A stretch of 61,051 nt of DNA, filler included, from Hausera hauseri (lineage: Eukaryota), in NCBI GenBank assembly GCA_046269625.1. It is 12 parts of 12 records of this genome, joined end to end, with 100 filler letters (N's around TTAATTAATTAA, not from the genome) between each part and the next. Parts side by side here need not be neighbours in the genome. Positions count along the whole stretch, not along the records: positions 1 to 5,242 come from JBJURY010301057.1; positions 5,343 to 10,459 come from JBJURY010330604.1; positions 10,560 to 15,121 come from JBJURY010526679.1; 9 more parts are not named here. The stretch is one strand, 5' to 3'. The notes beneath the pieces are model-generated. The model was given only the letters and a program-made list of their open reading frames with translations, searched no databases and was not told the DNA's origin. Of this stretch, positions 1-11,935 are shown piece by piece; the stretch's first letter is position 1, and every line of letters starts with the position of its first letter. A program made the position numbers and the translations under genes.

Positions 1-3000
1 TTAAGTTCCTTCATGTTACGCAACTTGCATTTTTCACATTTCTCTATATAGCTGTGTACGTCTTTAAATAAGTTTGGCCAATAGTAGTTCTCCCTTATAG
101 CATCATATGTTTTGCTTGTTGCCATGTGTCCGTTTTCATCATGGTACTGTTCCAACACTATTCCTTTCAAATGCATAGGAACATATTTCTGGAGTTTCTC
201 TGGTTCTGTTGGGGCTATTCTATAGATCTCCCCATTATTGAGGACGTAGTTTTTCGCCTTCTGCTGCTCGTTCTCGTCTTTGGAATGTAGCCAATTAATT
301 ATGCTTCTTATTTTCTCGTCTTTTTGCTGTTCTTCTTTCATATTTATCGTATCATCATTTATGCTCTCATCTTTGTTTCCCCTTGGATCCTCGTGGGCTT
401 CTTCGTCCACCCTGTATAAGTTGGGTCTATTTGAATTTATTATATTTATCTGAAAGGTTCTGTCATCTATGTCTGTGTTGTCCTCCTCTTGGTCAGAGTC
501 AGTGTCTGGGTATGGGATTCTTGACAACAAGTCTGCACAAGTATTTTCCCTACCCGCAATATGTTCTATGCATGAGATGTATCCCTGGAGGTTAAGAACC
601 CATGTTTGGATTCTGCGGTTATGAATTTCAGATTTCAGAAAACCCTCAAGACCTTTACAGTCACAACGTACGACTAGGTCTGCATTATGTACATAGAAAT
701 TCAGCTTTTGTACTGCATAATGTATAGCAAATGCCTCCTTTTCTATTATTGACCATTTCTGTTGTGTTTTGCTGAGCTTGTGTGATAAGAAGTAAATCGG
801 TTTCTCATTCTTAGTACCTGGTAATACTCCTTCATCTCCATCTTCTGCTGGCTGAACGAGTACAGCGCCAATGGCCATGTCCGATGCATCAGTGTATAAT
901 ATTAATTTCTTGTCTGGATCAGGGTGTGCCAGCAAAGGCACCACTGTCAAACTATCTTTAAGATATTGGAATGCCTTCTGGCATTCTTCTGTCCACTTAA
1001 ACCTGGCGTATTTCCTTGTCAGGGCTATCATTGGTTCAGCGATATTGGAAAAATTGGGAATAAATCGACGGTAATAGCCACACATTCCGATAAATCCCCT
1101 AACCTCCCTAACACTCCTTGGGGATGGCATCTCCTTGATGGCCTTTACTTTGTCCTCGTCTGGTTTTATGCCATTCCTGTTTATAACAAATCCCAAGTAC
1201 TTAGTCTCCTGTTTCAGAAATGCGCACTTAGAAAGCTTTAGTTTTATAGAATGTTCTCGTAGACGTTCAAATACTTTCTCGACATGATGCAGGTGGTCCT
1301 CGATTGATCCCGTTGTATGTATTAGTATATCATCAATATATGCTTGTGCATATTGGTGCATACCCTCTAAGACTTGGTTCATTAAGCTCATATATGTTGC
1401 TGGTGAGCCTTTGAGACCAAAGGGCATGACATTCCAGGTAAAATTTCCCACGTGTGTACTAAATGCGGTTTTGCGCTTGGCCTCCTTGGAGAGTGGGATG
1501 CACCAGAAACCACTTTTTGCATCTAAAGTTGAGAACCACTGAGAGTTCCTCAAGGTGCTAATGGTATGTTCGACTGTCGGCATAGCACACGAAATAGGCT
1601 GGGTTATGGCGTTCAGTTTTCGATAGTCCACACAAAAGCGATGAGTCTGGTCACGCTTGGTAACGATAACAACCGGAAAGGACCATTCTGATCTCGCTCT
1701 TTCAATGATTCCGGCCTGCAACATTTCCTCTATAGCCTTTTCCACTATTTCCCTGTTTTTTAGTGGTGTCACATAAGGTTTCACACTGATCGGAGGATGG
1801 TTTCCGGTGTCAATATCCATTGTAACTGTATTAGTTCGCCCTAGTTCCATGTCATTAAGTGCAAAGACATCAGCATGCTTTCTAACGAACCCCTCCAAAA
1901 TCTCCCCGTTCTGGTCCTCAGGTTTAAGCTGCTGCAGTAATTCGGTTATTCTTTTCTCCCATTCTTCTTCCGTGGTCCTCGGGTCTGTAACACGATCCTT
2001 GTGGTATATACCTTGTGCTGCCTGGCTTGAGCTACCTTCCGTATTCGTCTCCCTCCTGCAATAGTTAGTTGCACTTCCGTTTCTGTTTCTCCTGTTAAAG
2101 TCCATCCCTGTATATAACTGACCTCTATTTCCTTGCGAAATAGAATTTACCTTGTAATGCCCAATGTTATGTGCCTTGTGATGTTTTGATCGAGTTCTCG
2201 CCATCCTTCCTCCCTTTTCAGAAGATAAAGTTTCTTCCTGTTCGAAATCGCTATTTATTTTATTAACTCTTCCAATTACACATCCTCTCCTTATCTTTAT
2301 GGTTTTATTTGCAGTATTCATTATCATTACGGGGACCGTGTGCATATTTCTTAGCTCGGCTAGTCCATCTGGCACAATGAGTCCGGGTTCTTCCATAATG
2401 CTTCTGTCCCCTAATTCAGTAATCCTGATAGTTTGTCCGATTGTAATGTACGGACATTTCTTTAGTACTCCCTGAATAACATTGACACTGTTGGGCTTGA
2501 ATATCACTGTCTTGCTAGCCCGTAGTAGGGAAGCAACGTGAGTATCATCTTCTAAGTCTATAGATTCCCCTTTTATCTCTAACTTTCTTGAACTGAAGTC
2601 TAATTTGACTTCATTTCTTATCAAAAAATCTCGCCCGAGTATCATGCTCCGCTGCATATTTTTCACAATAAAGAAGCTGTGCTCTAGATCGTGGTTCCCT
2701 AATTTAAATCTCAACTTCACTGCTCCTTTTACAACGAGTGGTTCTCCAGATACTGACTGTAGGTGGGCTTTTTTATTCATGAATTTTCCATACCGCTTAA
2801 TGGAAGTATAAATTCGATAGTCCAAGAGACTTGTGCCAGCTCCACTATCCACTAAACACCTGAATCTCTTATTTGCAACTCTTACTGTACAAGAACTAGG
2901 ATCTTTTGCTAAGTTAACATTATAGTTTGGTCTTCTACCTCTGAATCTTTCTTTGTCTGTTTTTGGCCCTTGGGGTCTCCGTACCATACCCCCACTCATG

Positions 3001-3035
3001 TCGACCCCATTTAACGAGTGGTTGTGTCGTTTCCC
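1..3035 (-). CDS. pol: Pol polyprotein (aspartic protease, RT, RNase H, start of integrase); runs off the window, so absent from the ORF track
   Basis: Motifs all in one frame: CLVDSGAGTSLL (~2850), AYIDDILI (~1335), LYTDASD (~890), ADLLSR (~525), YHDENGH...CEKC HHCC finger (~145-25). I did not check every codon between them. Confidence 0.9.
2971..3035 (-). promoter_or_regulatory. -1 programmed ribosomal frameshift signal (slippery heptamer plus H-type pseudoknot)
   Basis: G GGA AAC in the gag frame at 3035-3029, a 7-nt spacer, stem1 CCACUCGU/AUGAGUGG and stem2 UGGGGUC/GACCCCA. pol is in the -1 frame relative to gag. Confidence 0.85.
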
Positions 3036-4141
3036 TGACAGTTACTTAATCTCCCGTTCACATTTCTATGTTGTGGTCCCCTGACCACTCTGGACTCCCC
3101 ATGCGCGTTATGGGCCAGTCGGGCTCGACAATCTGATATGGTGTGGCCTGATTCGTTACACCAGTGGCATGTCCTCCTATTTGCTGTTTCAGCTCTGTTG
3201 CGGGGACACATCCGCGCAAAATGCCTTCTATCCCCACATATATAACATGTCTGTTGCTCCCCTGACCTCCTAGACTCAACTGCACTGACCGGTCTGCCCT
3301 GCATTGGTCCCCTGTTATTATAATCTCTGTGTCTTAATTCTCCTCGTCTTTCCCCTTCAAGACTTTCTTGCCTTGTATCCACTAAATTGAAGCTACGAAG
3401 CAGGTTTTCTTCCTCTATGGCTGATTGTATAGCATGGTCTAATCGGATATGATTTTCCCGCATAAGTTTTAGTTTCATCTGCTCGCTGTAAAGGCCATCT
3501 ATAAAAATCCCTAATATTAACCTATTGACTTCCTCTCCCTCTATGTTCTGCCCCACGAATGCTTCTCCTACCAGGTTATACAGCCTAGAAGAATAATATT
3601 GCACTGTTTCATTTCTTTCCTGTTTTATTTTTCGAAGCATTGAGTAAGCAACACGTGGGTCGGTTATCTCAGCGTAACGATTGGCAAGATCTCTTTTAAA
3701 CTCGTCCCATGAATCATTTGGATGGGTTTCGAGCCTTCTCCTGATATGATCTGAAACAACTCCGGTACTCATCAAGTAAGTTATCCTCTTTTTCTCCGCA
3801 CTTCCAGCCCCTGTCATAAAAGCATATTTTTCGATTTGTGAAATAAAGCTACTATAGTCCTTTGGGTTCCCTCCAAATGGGCTAACCATTGTTCGGATGT
3901 TGCTTTGTCTACTGGCTTCATCCACTTTCAACATCATCTCGCCCAGCATTTTTATAGCTGTTGCAAGCTCGGCGGCAGTGTCTACATTTTGCAAAGGTGG
4001 GGTTTGAGGTGGGTTTACAATACTGTTTTCTAATTTATTTTCATTTATGGTTAACTGGGTCTCTTGCCCCTGCATCTCTGCTTCTCGCTCTTGTGTATGC
4101 CTCTGACGCCTCTTGCTTCTTCCCATGTTTTCCCCACACAA
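3011..4141 (-). CDS. gag: Gag (capsid domain and two CCHC zinc knuckles)
   Basis: 376-aa ORF with an MHR-like KIKQERNETVQYY motif and knuckles CYICGDRRHFARMC and CHWCNESGHTISDC, directly upstream of pol. Confidence 0.92.
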   Translation of the reverse strand: MCGENMGRSKRRQRHTQEREAEMQGQETQLTINENKLENSIVNPPQTPPLQNVDTAAELATAIKMLGEMMLKVDEASRQSNIRTMVSPFGGNPKDYSSFISQIEKYAFMTGAGSAEKKRITYLMSTGVVSDHIRRRLETHPNDSWDEFKRDLANRYAEITDPRVAYSMLRKIKQERNETVQYYSSRLYNLVGEAFVGQNIEGEEVNRLILGIFIDGLYSEQMKLKLMRENHIRLDHAIQSAIEEENLLRSFNLVDTRQESLEGERRGELRHRDYNNRGPMQGRPVSAVESRRSGEQQTCYICGDRRHFARMCPRNRAETANRRTCHWCNESGHTISDCRARLAHNAHGESRVVRGPQHRNVNGRLSNCQGNDTTTR

Positions 4142-4589
4142 TAATCTTGCTCAGTTTGTTATTGTTAATAAGCTGATACATGTACCATGGTTGACTTGGC
4201 AATCAGCCGTTCCGCACACATGCCTCTACCTGCGTTCTATTGTTCTGTTTGCTAACCCCGGAACAGCAAGCTCGTCTCATAAAATGTTAAGCTACCCTAA
4301 ATAAATCCCCTTTCAGCTTGAAGAGTAACAACTGAAAATGACACTAAAATTAAGCCAGTGACTAACCTGATATTAAATAAGAGTATACATACATGACGTA
4401 AAATTTAAGGTTAGAATTATTACTGAATTCACTACAACAAATCACTAAATATGTTATTTAACTAAAACTAATTAAGGTCTTACATATGGCGTCCCGTCCG
4501 TCCCGGTTTCTTGGTTGTGGAGACTTCTCGGTGCAGTTAGAACATACATGTAGAAAAACGTCAGCATTCACAGCACATTTGATTGTTAA

Positions 4590-4835
4590 TGTTCCAAGAT
4601 TGTCTTAGGTTCATCTGAGGTCAACAGGTGTAGTTGTTAATTTTGTATTTATTGTCAATCTCCGTCTGCAAAAAAGTTATTTCTCCATGTAGATTCGCAT
4701 GCACGGGTTGGCTTTGGTCATCACAGGTGTAGTCGTTACGTTTAGCTTTATTGATGATGTGCGGCAGGTACAGTTCTTGGTTTACATGGATTCACACAAA
4801 CAGGTCGGCTTTGGTCAACTCAGGTGTAGACAATT
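4590..4835. repeat. Three degenerate tandem repeats, 97-bp period, in the retroelement leader
   Basis: GGTCA(n)CAGGTGTAG cores start at 4619, 4716 and 4813. Confidence 0.7.
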
Positions 4836-5100
4836 TTTCGTCTCGTAGCAGATTTCTGTTAATTAACACAATAAAACAGTTCGTTTCTGCATAGGTTTCT
4901 GTTTATTACGGGGTGTCGTACACGTAAGTCTGCTCCTTCAAAATCTGCACAGTCACTGGTCGTCGCTGGATCGTAGGCACATCTGGAGTATTAGTGTTGC
5001 GAGGAAAATACCGAACAAATTGATGCCGGTCATAAACCAATGAAGCTGGATACAATAACGCTGAGGAACGCCAGTTGTTGTTTTGCTGCCTTGGTTCGCT

Positions 5101-5115
5101 GGATCACGGACACCA
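5101..5115 (-). promoter_or_regulatory. Primer-binding site
   Basis: TGGTGTCCGTGATCC lies 2 nt after the LTR end ...TGTTACA. It resembles a tRNA-His PBS with a 1-nt insertion, so tRNA identity is uncertain. Confidence 0.75.
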
Positions 5116-5117
5116 CT

Positions 5118-5242
5118 TGTAACAAAGTAAGTTGACAGGTGCGTAGAACTATGTGAGGTGATGACACACCAATCCGTAACAGCTACGTAGACGACTAGAT
5201 GGAGTCATAACTCAGCTCAACAAGTTAATAATGTTTATTTAC
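5118..5242 (-). repeat. 3' (U5) end of the 5' LTR, truncated by the contig end
   Basis: Ends in TGTTACA just before the PBS; AATAAA on the minus strand near 5235. Confidence 0.7.
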
Positions 5243-5342
5243 NNNNNNNNNNNNNNNNNNNNNNNNNNNNNNNNNNNNNNNNNNNNTTAATTAATTAANN
5301 NNNNNNNNNNNNNNNNNNNNNNNNNNNNNNNNNNNNNNNNNN
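5243..5342. other. Artificial contig-joining linker (N44-TTAATTAATTAA-N44); first of 11
   Basis: Identical 100-nt linkers with six-frame stops at 5243, 10460, 15122, 19191, 23620, 27870, 34308, 39392, 44033, 48191 and 53173. Adjacency across them has no biological meaning. Confidence 0.98.
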
Positions 5343-5347
5343 TTTTA

Positions 5348-6743
5348 TCATACGGACCGATGGCGGTTTTCATTTCTCTTAGTTCCCATTCTGAGTTTTA
5401 GGACGATTAGAATGACAATTTTGGCGACTAACCGAAAAATCGCAATTAATATAATGAGAACAAACTTTGATAGTACAACAATTGATACGATCGGTAAAGT
5501 GGTTAATCTCATTGGTGCTTGTGTGGTGACTGGAGTTGTGATTTCATTGTCTATGTTTTCGTATATATGCGATTCTGCGCAAATTTCATCTAAGGTACAC
5601 AATGTAACTGTTTGATTTTGTTTATCCTGTGCATATATTTGTATTATGTAATCGGATTGTGGTTTTAACAAATTACATTCTGTCTGGTAAGTGTTTTTAA
5701 ATAATGTTACAATTTGATTATTATACGTTGTTCGGCAGCTTATGTGTATATCGTAATTTAGCTTCGCTTTTACAGAGAACAAAATTCTAGATCGATGTGC
5801 TGAATATTTAATAGGTATACTCTCTAATTCTATTTTAGGCACACCGCTTGATGTAACGTTTTCCGTAATGGCACTAACTCGAGTGGTCCTGCTTCTGGTT
5901 GTTATCTCCATTGGAATCTTCCATATTCTATTTTCTGGGTAATAAGTTTGCAAACGTATGCTCGGTTTATTTGGTCGTACTTGATATAAGTCAAATCTTA
6001 TTTTGAATTCTTGGTTTACTGGTAGTTTACAACACGGGTGTTGCACATTAGCATGAACAGAACAGTATTCTATTTTCGGGATTTGCCCGTTTACTGCTTC
6101 GAAAACGATACTAATTTCTTGACTAAAAGTTAATCCGGTTCTAGCATTTATTTGAATATATAGTTTTTCCTGGTTTACTGAAATCATTTTGATATTTTCA
6201 TCTAATAGCCCTATATTTGGATCGGTGGATTGTAACATTTCGTCGAATTTTATTTTGAATCGTCTGGCCCAAGTGTGGATAACTAACTGAAGTTATGGGT
6301 TTACTTCGATATAGACTTCCGATGTGTCTGGTAAGTATAGTCTTTAAGTAAGAATGCAGATACGTTCATAACTTATGTCGCAGCACTGTGTATAATCTCC
6401 AGGTTCCAAATAACAGTTTTTTTACTTCTTTTGATGTTACATCGTATAGTACAACTTGAAATTTTCCGAGATCGTGATGAGGTCTCTAAGTTTTAAATCC
6501 AACACGCATAGAGTCAGGTGAAAAATAATGAACCTTTATTGATCGTAACAGAATAGTGTCTTCTCGTTTTTGAATTTCTCCGGCCGTTGGTTTATTTTCT
6601 GTTATAATGTTTTTTGGCTTTAATCCACTTTTCCGAATTCCATATACGTCTCTTAGCGTAGTTTCATCATCCCACCATTGAGTTTGTGCTTTTGGGATAT
6701 ACGAAGAAGCAATTAAGGATAGTGCTAAAAGTATCTGAACGTA
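5348..6743 (-). pseudogene. Type I membrane protein with fibronectin type III-like domain(s), in frame with the integrase tail
   Basis: Hydrophobic signal-like YVQILLALSLIASS, FN3 strand-F motif LLKPQSDYIIQIYA, Thr-rich stalk, TM segment LPIVSIVVLSKFVLIILIAIF and a basic tail. Disrupted between 6490 and 6240. Confidence 0.6.
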
Positions 6744-6779
6744 TGAGGTCGGTCTAGCAATTATTGAAGTTTTTGTCTC

Positions 6780-7900
6780 ACGTTGTCGTAAATTGTAACG
6801 TTTATTGGGTCGTATATCTGTCTTAACGACTCTCTGTACTGATACGACCTCTTCCTTTCCATTCTTGTTGATGTATACCGTGGTTGGGGTAATTTTAGTA
6901 ACTTCGTTCGGTTCTCTGCCTGTACGAGTCAGTTTCAAAGATGTACCTTTCTTAGCTACTGGGTAATGTACATAAACCCAATTTCCTGGTTCTAAATCGT
7001 TTGGTTTTACTTTCTTATCACATTGTCTTTAAATTGCTCTTGATATTCCCGAGACAATTCTTTGGCGATTTCCCAGCACTTCTGCAAAATTCTGTTCTAT
7101 ATCTTCGGGATTGAGCGTGTATGACGTCATTCCTAAATCTGTGTGTAACACAGCTTCACGTTTATGCATCATGAAGAATGGTGTAAATCCTGTCGCTGGA
7201 TGTGGTGTTGTACTAATGGCAAATTGAGTTCCTTCTAAAAATTCGTCCCAATCTTTGTGGTCCTTGGCTACTACTGTGGATAATATGTGTATGACAGTTG
7301 CATTCATTCGCCCAATCATTCCGTTACATTGAGGATGGTATGCGGTGGTAGTTAACCGCTCAATCTCAAATATTTTACTAATTTTCTCAAACAGTTCGCT
7401 AGTAAAATTTCTTCCTCGATCTGTCAGTATTTGATCCGAGGGCCAATATCGACAAATAATTCTTCTCACTACAGCTTCTTCAAAAGTTTCTGCTCTTTGA
7501 TCGGTTATCGCTACTAATTTGACAAAGTGAGTTAGTCGATAGATACGAGTCAAGATATATTTATTATTTTCGTGAGTCGTAGGTAGCGGGTCTACAACAT
7601 CCATTGATATGGCTTGCATATGTCTGTCTGGTACGGCAATTGGTTTTAGCTTTGTCATGTACTTTTTCGTCTTTTTCTGTTTAGTTTCTCATACTTCGCA
7701 AGTATTTACCCAATTATTCACATCAATATAGATACTGGGCCAAAAGTATTCATTCAATATTCTTTCCAACGTCTTTTTCCATTACATGTGCCCTGCTAAA
7801 TATGAATCATGTTCTGCCATTAAAACTTCGATGCGTAAGCCTTTTTGGATGACTATTAATTTCCTTCCTTTTCTTTCATAATACAAAATGTCTTCGTGGT
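6780..7900 (-). pseudogene. Integrase (HHCC finger, DDE core, C-terminal SH3-like domain)
   Basis: HDSYLAGH...YFWP, ISMDVVDPLP, ILTDRGRNFTS, TTAYHPQCNGMIGR, TGFTPF and an RYNLR tail. Confidence 0.9.
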
Positions 7901-8013
7901 CTTTATCGTTCAAGACACAATATTTGTGTCCATGTCTGTGCAAATGTTTCCTAAGCTGTCGTCCTTTCGATACTATATCGTTTTTAGAAAATTCTATAAT
8001 CTGCTGGATAGCT

Positions 8014-8707
8014 TTATCCCTTTTCTTTGTCCAGCGTCAAAAGGCGTTGACGGTCTATTAATTCTTTGAGCTGAGCTTTCTTCATTATCGTAGTTGCACT
8101 TATCTTAGTTTTTAGTCTCGACAATGCATCAGCATCTACGTGTTTGTTTCCACGATTATACTGAAATTCGATATTATATCTAGAAATTTCTTCAATCCGT
8201 GTGTTAAGCCTGCAGGTGGGATTGTTTGCTCGTACCTTCAACGTTGTGACGGTTTTATGATCAGTAACAATTATACGCATAACGTTGAAGTGTCAAAGTG
8301 TTTTTTTACGGCCAGAGTTTCCAATTCGGTAACGGAATAATTTTTCTCGGCCTTTCTAAGGATCGTCCTCCATAAGCTATTGGATGTTCCAACTCTTCAT
8401 CCTCTCGTTTCTGAGCTAATTCGTATCCAATACCTTCTTTACTGGCATCTGCCTTAATTATAAATGGTAAATTGAAGTCTGGCTAGAGTAAAACTGGTTC
8501 GCTTGTTAAAATCTTCATTTCGTCGAAAGCCTTTTGTTCGACGTCCGTCCATTTCCATTTAATTCTTTTCTTAAGTTGACGATATAAAAGTGCATTTATT
8601 TTCGAATTATCTGGCACATAGGTGGTGTAATATCCACTTAAACTTAGCCAATATTTTAACTCTTTCTGATTTTGTGGCTCCATGCAATCTGATATTTTCT
8701 TCAACAA
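8014..8707 (-). pseudogene. RT thumb/connection and RNase H
   Basis: WKWTDVEQKAF, EPVL, ADASK, YSVTELE, IIVTDHK, HVDADALSR; broken by stops and frameshifts. Confidence 0.88.
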
Positions 8708-8728
8708 CGGTTTGTCTGCTTTTGATCC

Positions 8729-9460
8729 TCATTCGCCAACTATATGGCCAAGGTAGGATACTGCATTCTGAGCCCTTTTACATTTCTTTGGGTTCAATTT
8801 TAATCCTTCTTGTTTTAATCTCATCATTGTACGTTCAATATCTTTTAAGTGTTTCTCTTCTGTCTTCGACGCTATCATTACATCATCTAAGTATGCAAAG
8901 GCGTGGTTTTGTCCCATTAACATTTTATTCATCATTCTTGTAAAAATAGCTGATCCAGTGGTAATACCAAACGGCATGCCCTTACATTCATAAACACCAT
9001 CGTGTGTTTTAAACGCGGTTTTATAGCGGTCTTCATCCTTAATTTCCACTTGCCAATATCCGGATTGTAAGTCCAGAGTAGTAAACCATTTTGCTCCTGA
9101 AACTCTATTTAAAGCTTCTTTTACTGATGATAATGGGAACGAATATTTCATCATAATGTTATTTAGTGCCCTGTAATCAATACAAAATCGATGTTTTGTA
9201 GTATCTTTCTTTTTAACCATAAGTATTGACGAGTACCACGATCTATAGCTGGGCGGAATTATATCGGCTTTAAGCATCCGTTCAATTTCTTTTGTTATCT
9301 CGGGTCTTAATGAATGTGTCGGAGGATACCATTTCGGCATCACTTGATCTTCAAGATCTATCTCTTCATTTGAACCAGACTTTTTCTTAAGTGGCATAGT
9401 CAATTTTAATGCTTTTGCTCTACCTATATCTTCGTCACCTTTAGTGATAATTGACTTAAA
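8729..9460 (-). pseudogene. Reverse transcriptase (Ty3/gypsy)
   Basis: RFCIDYRALN, LDLQSGYWQV, KTAF, MPFG, AYLDDV, YLGH. Confidence 0.95.
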
Positions 9461-10210
9461 GACACAATAATTTATAGAGTCGGCAGTGAGATTCAGGTGA
9501 AAACTTAGTTTCAACGTGAGGTGAAAATGCCGCATACTTGTAAGGTTTTTCTTCAATAGTTATAGACGACACTCTATACATATTCCCTAAAGTAGTATAA
9601 GAGTGTAACTTGACAGGCGTCGGTGCATTATTTGCTATACTGATCGGCATACGCCCTGAATGAACTCTTGTCAATATATTAGTGAGTATCATATTCGAAT
9701 TCAACGTTTCCTTTGGTTCAAAATATACTGGTTGGTCATCATCTTGTTGGATTTGGGAGTAGATTATCACTTCTGCTCTCGGTGGAATGTTTTCGTCTAC
9801 TGGGATCCACACTTTTCCAAATTTTCTATCTGTAGCGGTTTTTATGCCTTCATTTGGCCTAATCTCTATTAGTTTTCGTGTTTTCAAGTCGATTGCTACA
9901 TTTGGTAGTCTTTTCAGTAAGTCGCAGCTTAAAACTACATCGTCAGTTAATTGTTCCATAACTGCAAATTCGTGACGGAAAAATTGTCCAAATATCTGAA
10001 CATCTGGGTTCCATTTGAACATCGGTTTCGACACTTGGCCAAAAGCTCCTGTGCTTCCTGGATCCTTTGTAGATGGTGGATATAACTGTCCTCTTACCGT
10101 TTGAGGTATTGAATCATTTTTGACGTATGACATCTCAAACCTATGTTGATTAAGGCGTAAATTTCCCAATCTTCAATAGTAATTTTCAATAGGGTCTCCC
10201 TTCTATTTCT
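9456..10210 (-). pseudogene. Retropepsin and pre-RT spacer domain (catalytic DTG mutated to NIG)
   Basis: YALINIG aligns with YALIDTG of C3; DVVLSCDLL is the flap-end motif. Confidence 0.8.
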
Positions 10211-10559
10211 GTTCCAAAACAATTTAGTGCAGGTTTCGGGCGTTTAGTCACCGATATTTTTGACCATTCATTTTGATTTCCTGAGACTACACTATGTTTT
10301 CCAACAGTTGTCTTAGTTCCCCATTTGGATATAATTCATTGTTTTCGATGTTCGATTCTTCCGTTTCACGAGTACTAATTAAAGGCTCTCGGTTGTTAGT
10401 ATGCGGCTTTGCATTTTGAAAAGTTTGTGATCTCTGATTTCCCCATACAGGTGGACCAGNNNNNNNNNNNNNNNNNNNNNNNNNNNNNNNNNNNNNNNNN
10501 NNNTTAATTAATTAANNNNNNNNNNNNNNNNNNNNNNNNNNNNNNNNNNNNNNNNNNNN

Positions 10560-11545
10560 CATTGGAGCCAGGTTTCTTTTTTAGTGGAATGGTTAGTCTT
10601 AAGGTTTTCGCTCTACCTATGTCTTCTTCATTTTGGGCGATAATCGACTTATATTTGCATAGTAGTTCGTAAAATTGACAATATGCTTCTGGTGAAAATT
10701 TAGTTTCAACATAAGGTGGAAACTCGGAATATTTGTACGGCTTTTCTGCGATCGTTATTGCTGATACCTTATAAGTATAACCTAACGTAGTATTGGCATA
10801 TAATTTTACAGGAGTTGGTGCGTTATTCACTAATCTGACTGGTACCCTTCCTGTCGTTACTCTCGTCAAAATGTTACTAAATATGATATTTGGATTTACG
10901 TCTTCTTGTGGTTAAAAATATACTGGTTGGTCACCTTCTTCGCGGATTTGGGCATAAATTAACATTTCGGTTGTAGGCGGAATATTTTCCTCTACAGGGA
11001 TCCATACTTCTTGCTTCCTTTCTTTCATTGTTTTAATACCTTTCACTGGGTAATTGTTTCAGTATGTCGTAACCTAACACTACGTCATCGGTTAGCTGGT
11101 CCATTACGGCGACGTTGTGTCTAAGAATTTGACCCATTAAATGGACTAAAGGGCTCCATTTAAATTTCGGTTTGGATTCTTGCCCGAAGGCTCCTATGTT
11201 GCCTGGATCTGATGATGATGCTGGCTGCAGTTGTTTTCGAAGTGTCGGCGGTATCGATTCTGATTTGATAAACGATTTCTCTGATCCGGTGTCTATTAAG
11301 GCATAGACTTCCCAATCTCCAATGGTAACTTTCGTGAAGGGTCTCCCTTCCATAACCGCTCCATAACAACTTGACATGTCCTTTGGTCGTTTAATTGAAG
11401 AAATTTTATATCCGTTTATCGTTATTTCTGGTGATGAAATGATGTTCTCGGTCAACTGCTTCAGTTCTTCTTTAGGATATAAGTCGTTGATTGTTATGTT
11501 ATCTGCATTGTTTCTAATTAATGGTTTTTGTACTATCGGATTTTA
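10560..11545 (-). pseudogene. Retropepsin and pre-RT spacer domain of a second copy of the large gypsy family
   Basis: VYALIDTGSEKSFI...DVVLGYDIL. PVRLVNNAPTPVKLYANTTLG and EEDIGRAKTLRLTIPLKKK match C2. Confidence 0.88.
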
Positions 11546-11926
11546 GAACAATTTCACTCCTTGTGTTCCCCAGACTGTTGATCTGGTCTCTATATTGCGA
11601 GCTATTCTCCGTGAGTACAATATCCGATGATCATCTTCTGCTCGTCTCTGATTAGTGATCTGCATTTTCTTTAATAATCCGTATTGTTTTGTTCCTTGAT
11701 AAGGATCTTCATAGCTAAAAGGTTTCTGACAGAATGTCAATCTATAAGACACCATAGATGTTTTGTCGAATTCTTCGTATATTGGGGCCGTTGGCGGAAT
11801 GATGGGCAAAGGTGCCTTGATTACTAAATACATTTTGTGTCTATTTGGTCCAAGGATTACTTCTCCTCCCTTAGGCTCATCATCATCTGAATTATTTCTT
11901 CGCGTCATTGGTTTCTTACCTTTACG

Positions 11927-11935
11927 TTTTAGTCA
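11927..11935 (-). promoter_or_regulatory. Candidate stop-codon readthrough site (UGA CUA) between the glycoprotein tail and pol
   Basis: Minus strand reads ATA TTT TGA CTA AAA; ORFs on both sides share one frame. Confidence 0.45.

Larger units (their letters stand above)
1..5242 (-). mobile_element. Ty3/gypsy LTR retrotransposon, 5' part, apparently intact (LTR end, PBS, leader, gag, pol to integrase zinc finger)
   Basis: Domain order Gag-PR-RT-RH-IN on the minus strand, with an LTR end and PBS at 5101-5124. Confidence 0.93.
5343..10459 (-). mobile_element. Degenerate large Ty3/gypsy element: PR-RT-RH-IN followed by a membrane-protein ORF
   Basis: Ordered pol motifs with several stops and frameshifts. 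Its 5' end is homologous to 10560-11600. Confidence 0.9.

Noticed and set aside
383-2811. Short plus-strand ORFs in C1
   Set aside because: Antisense shadows of the minus-strand pol frame.
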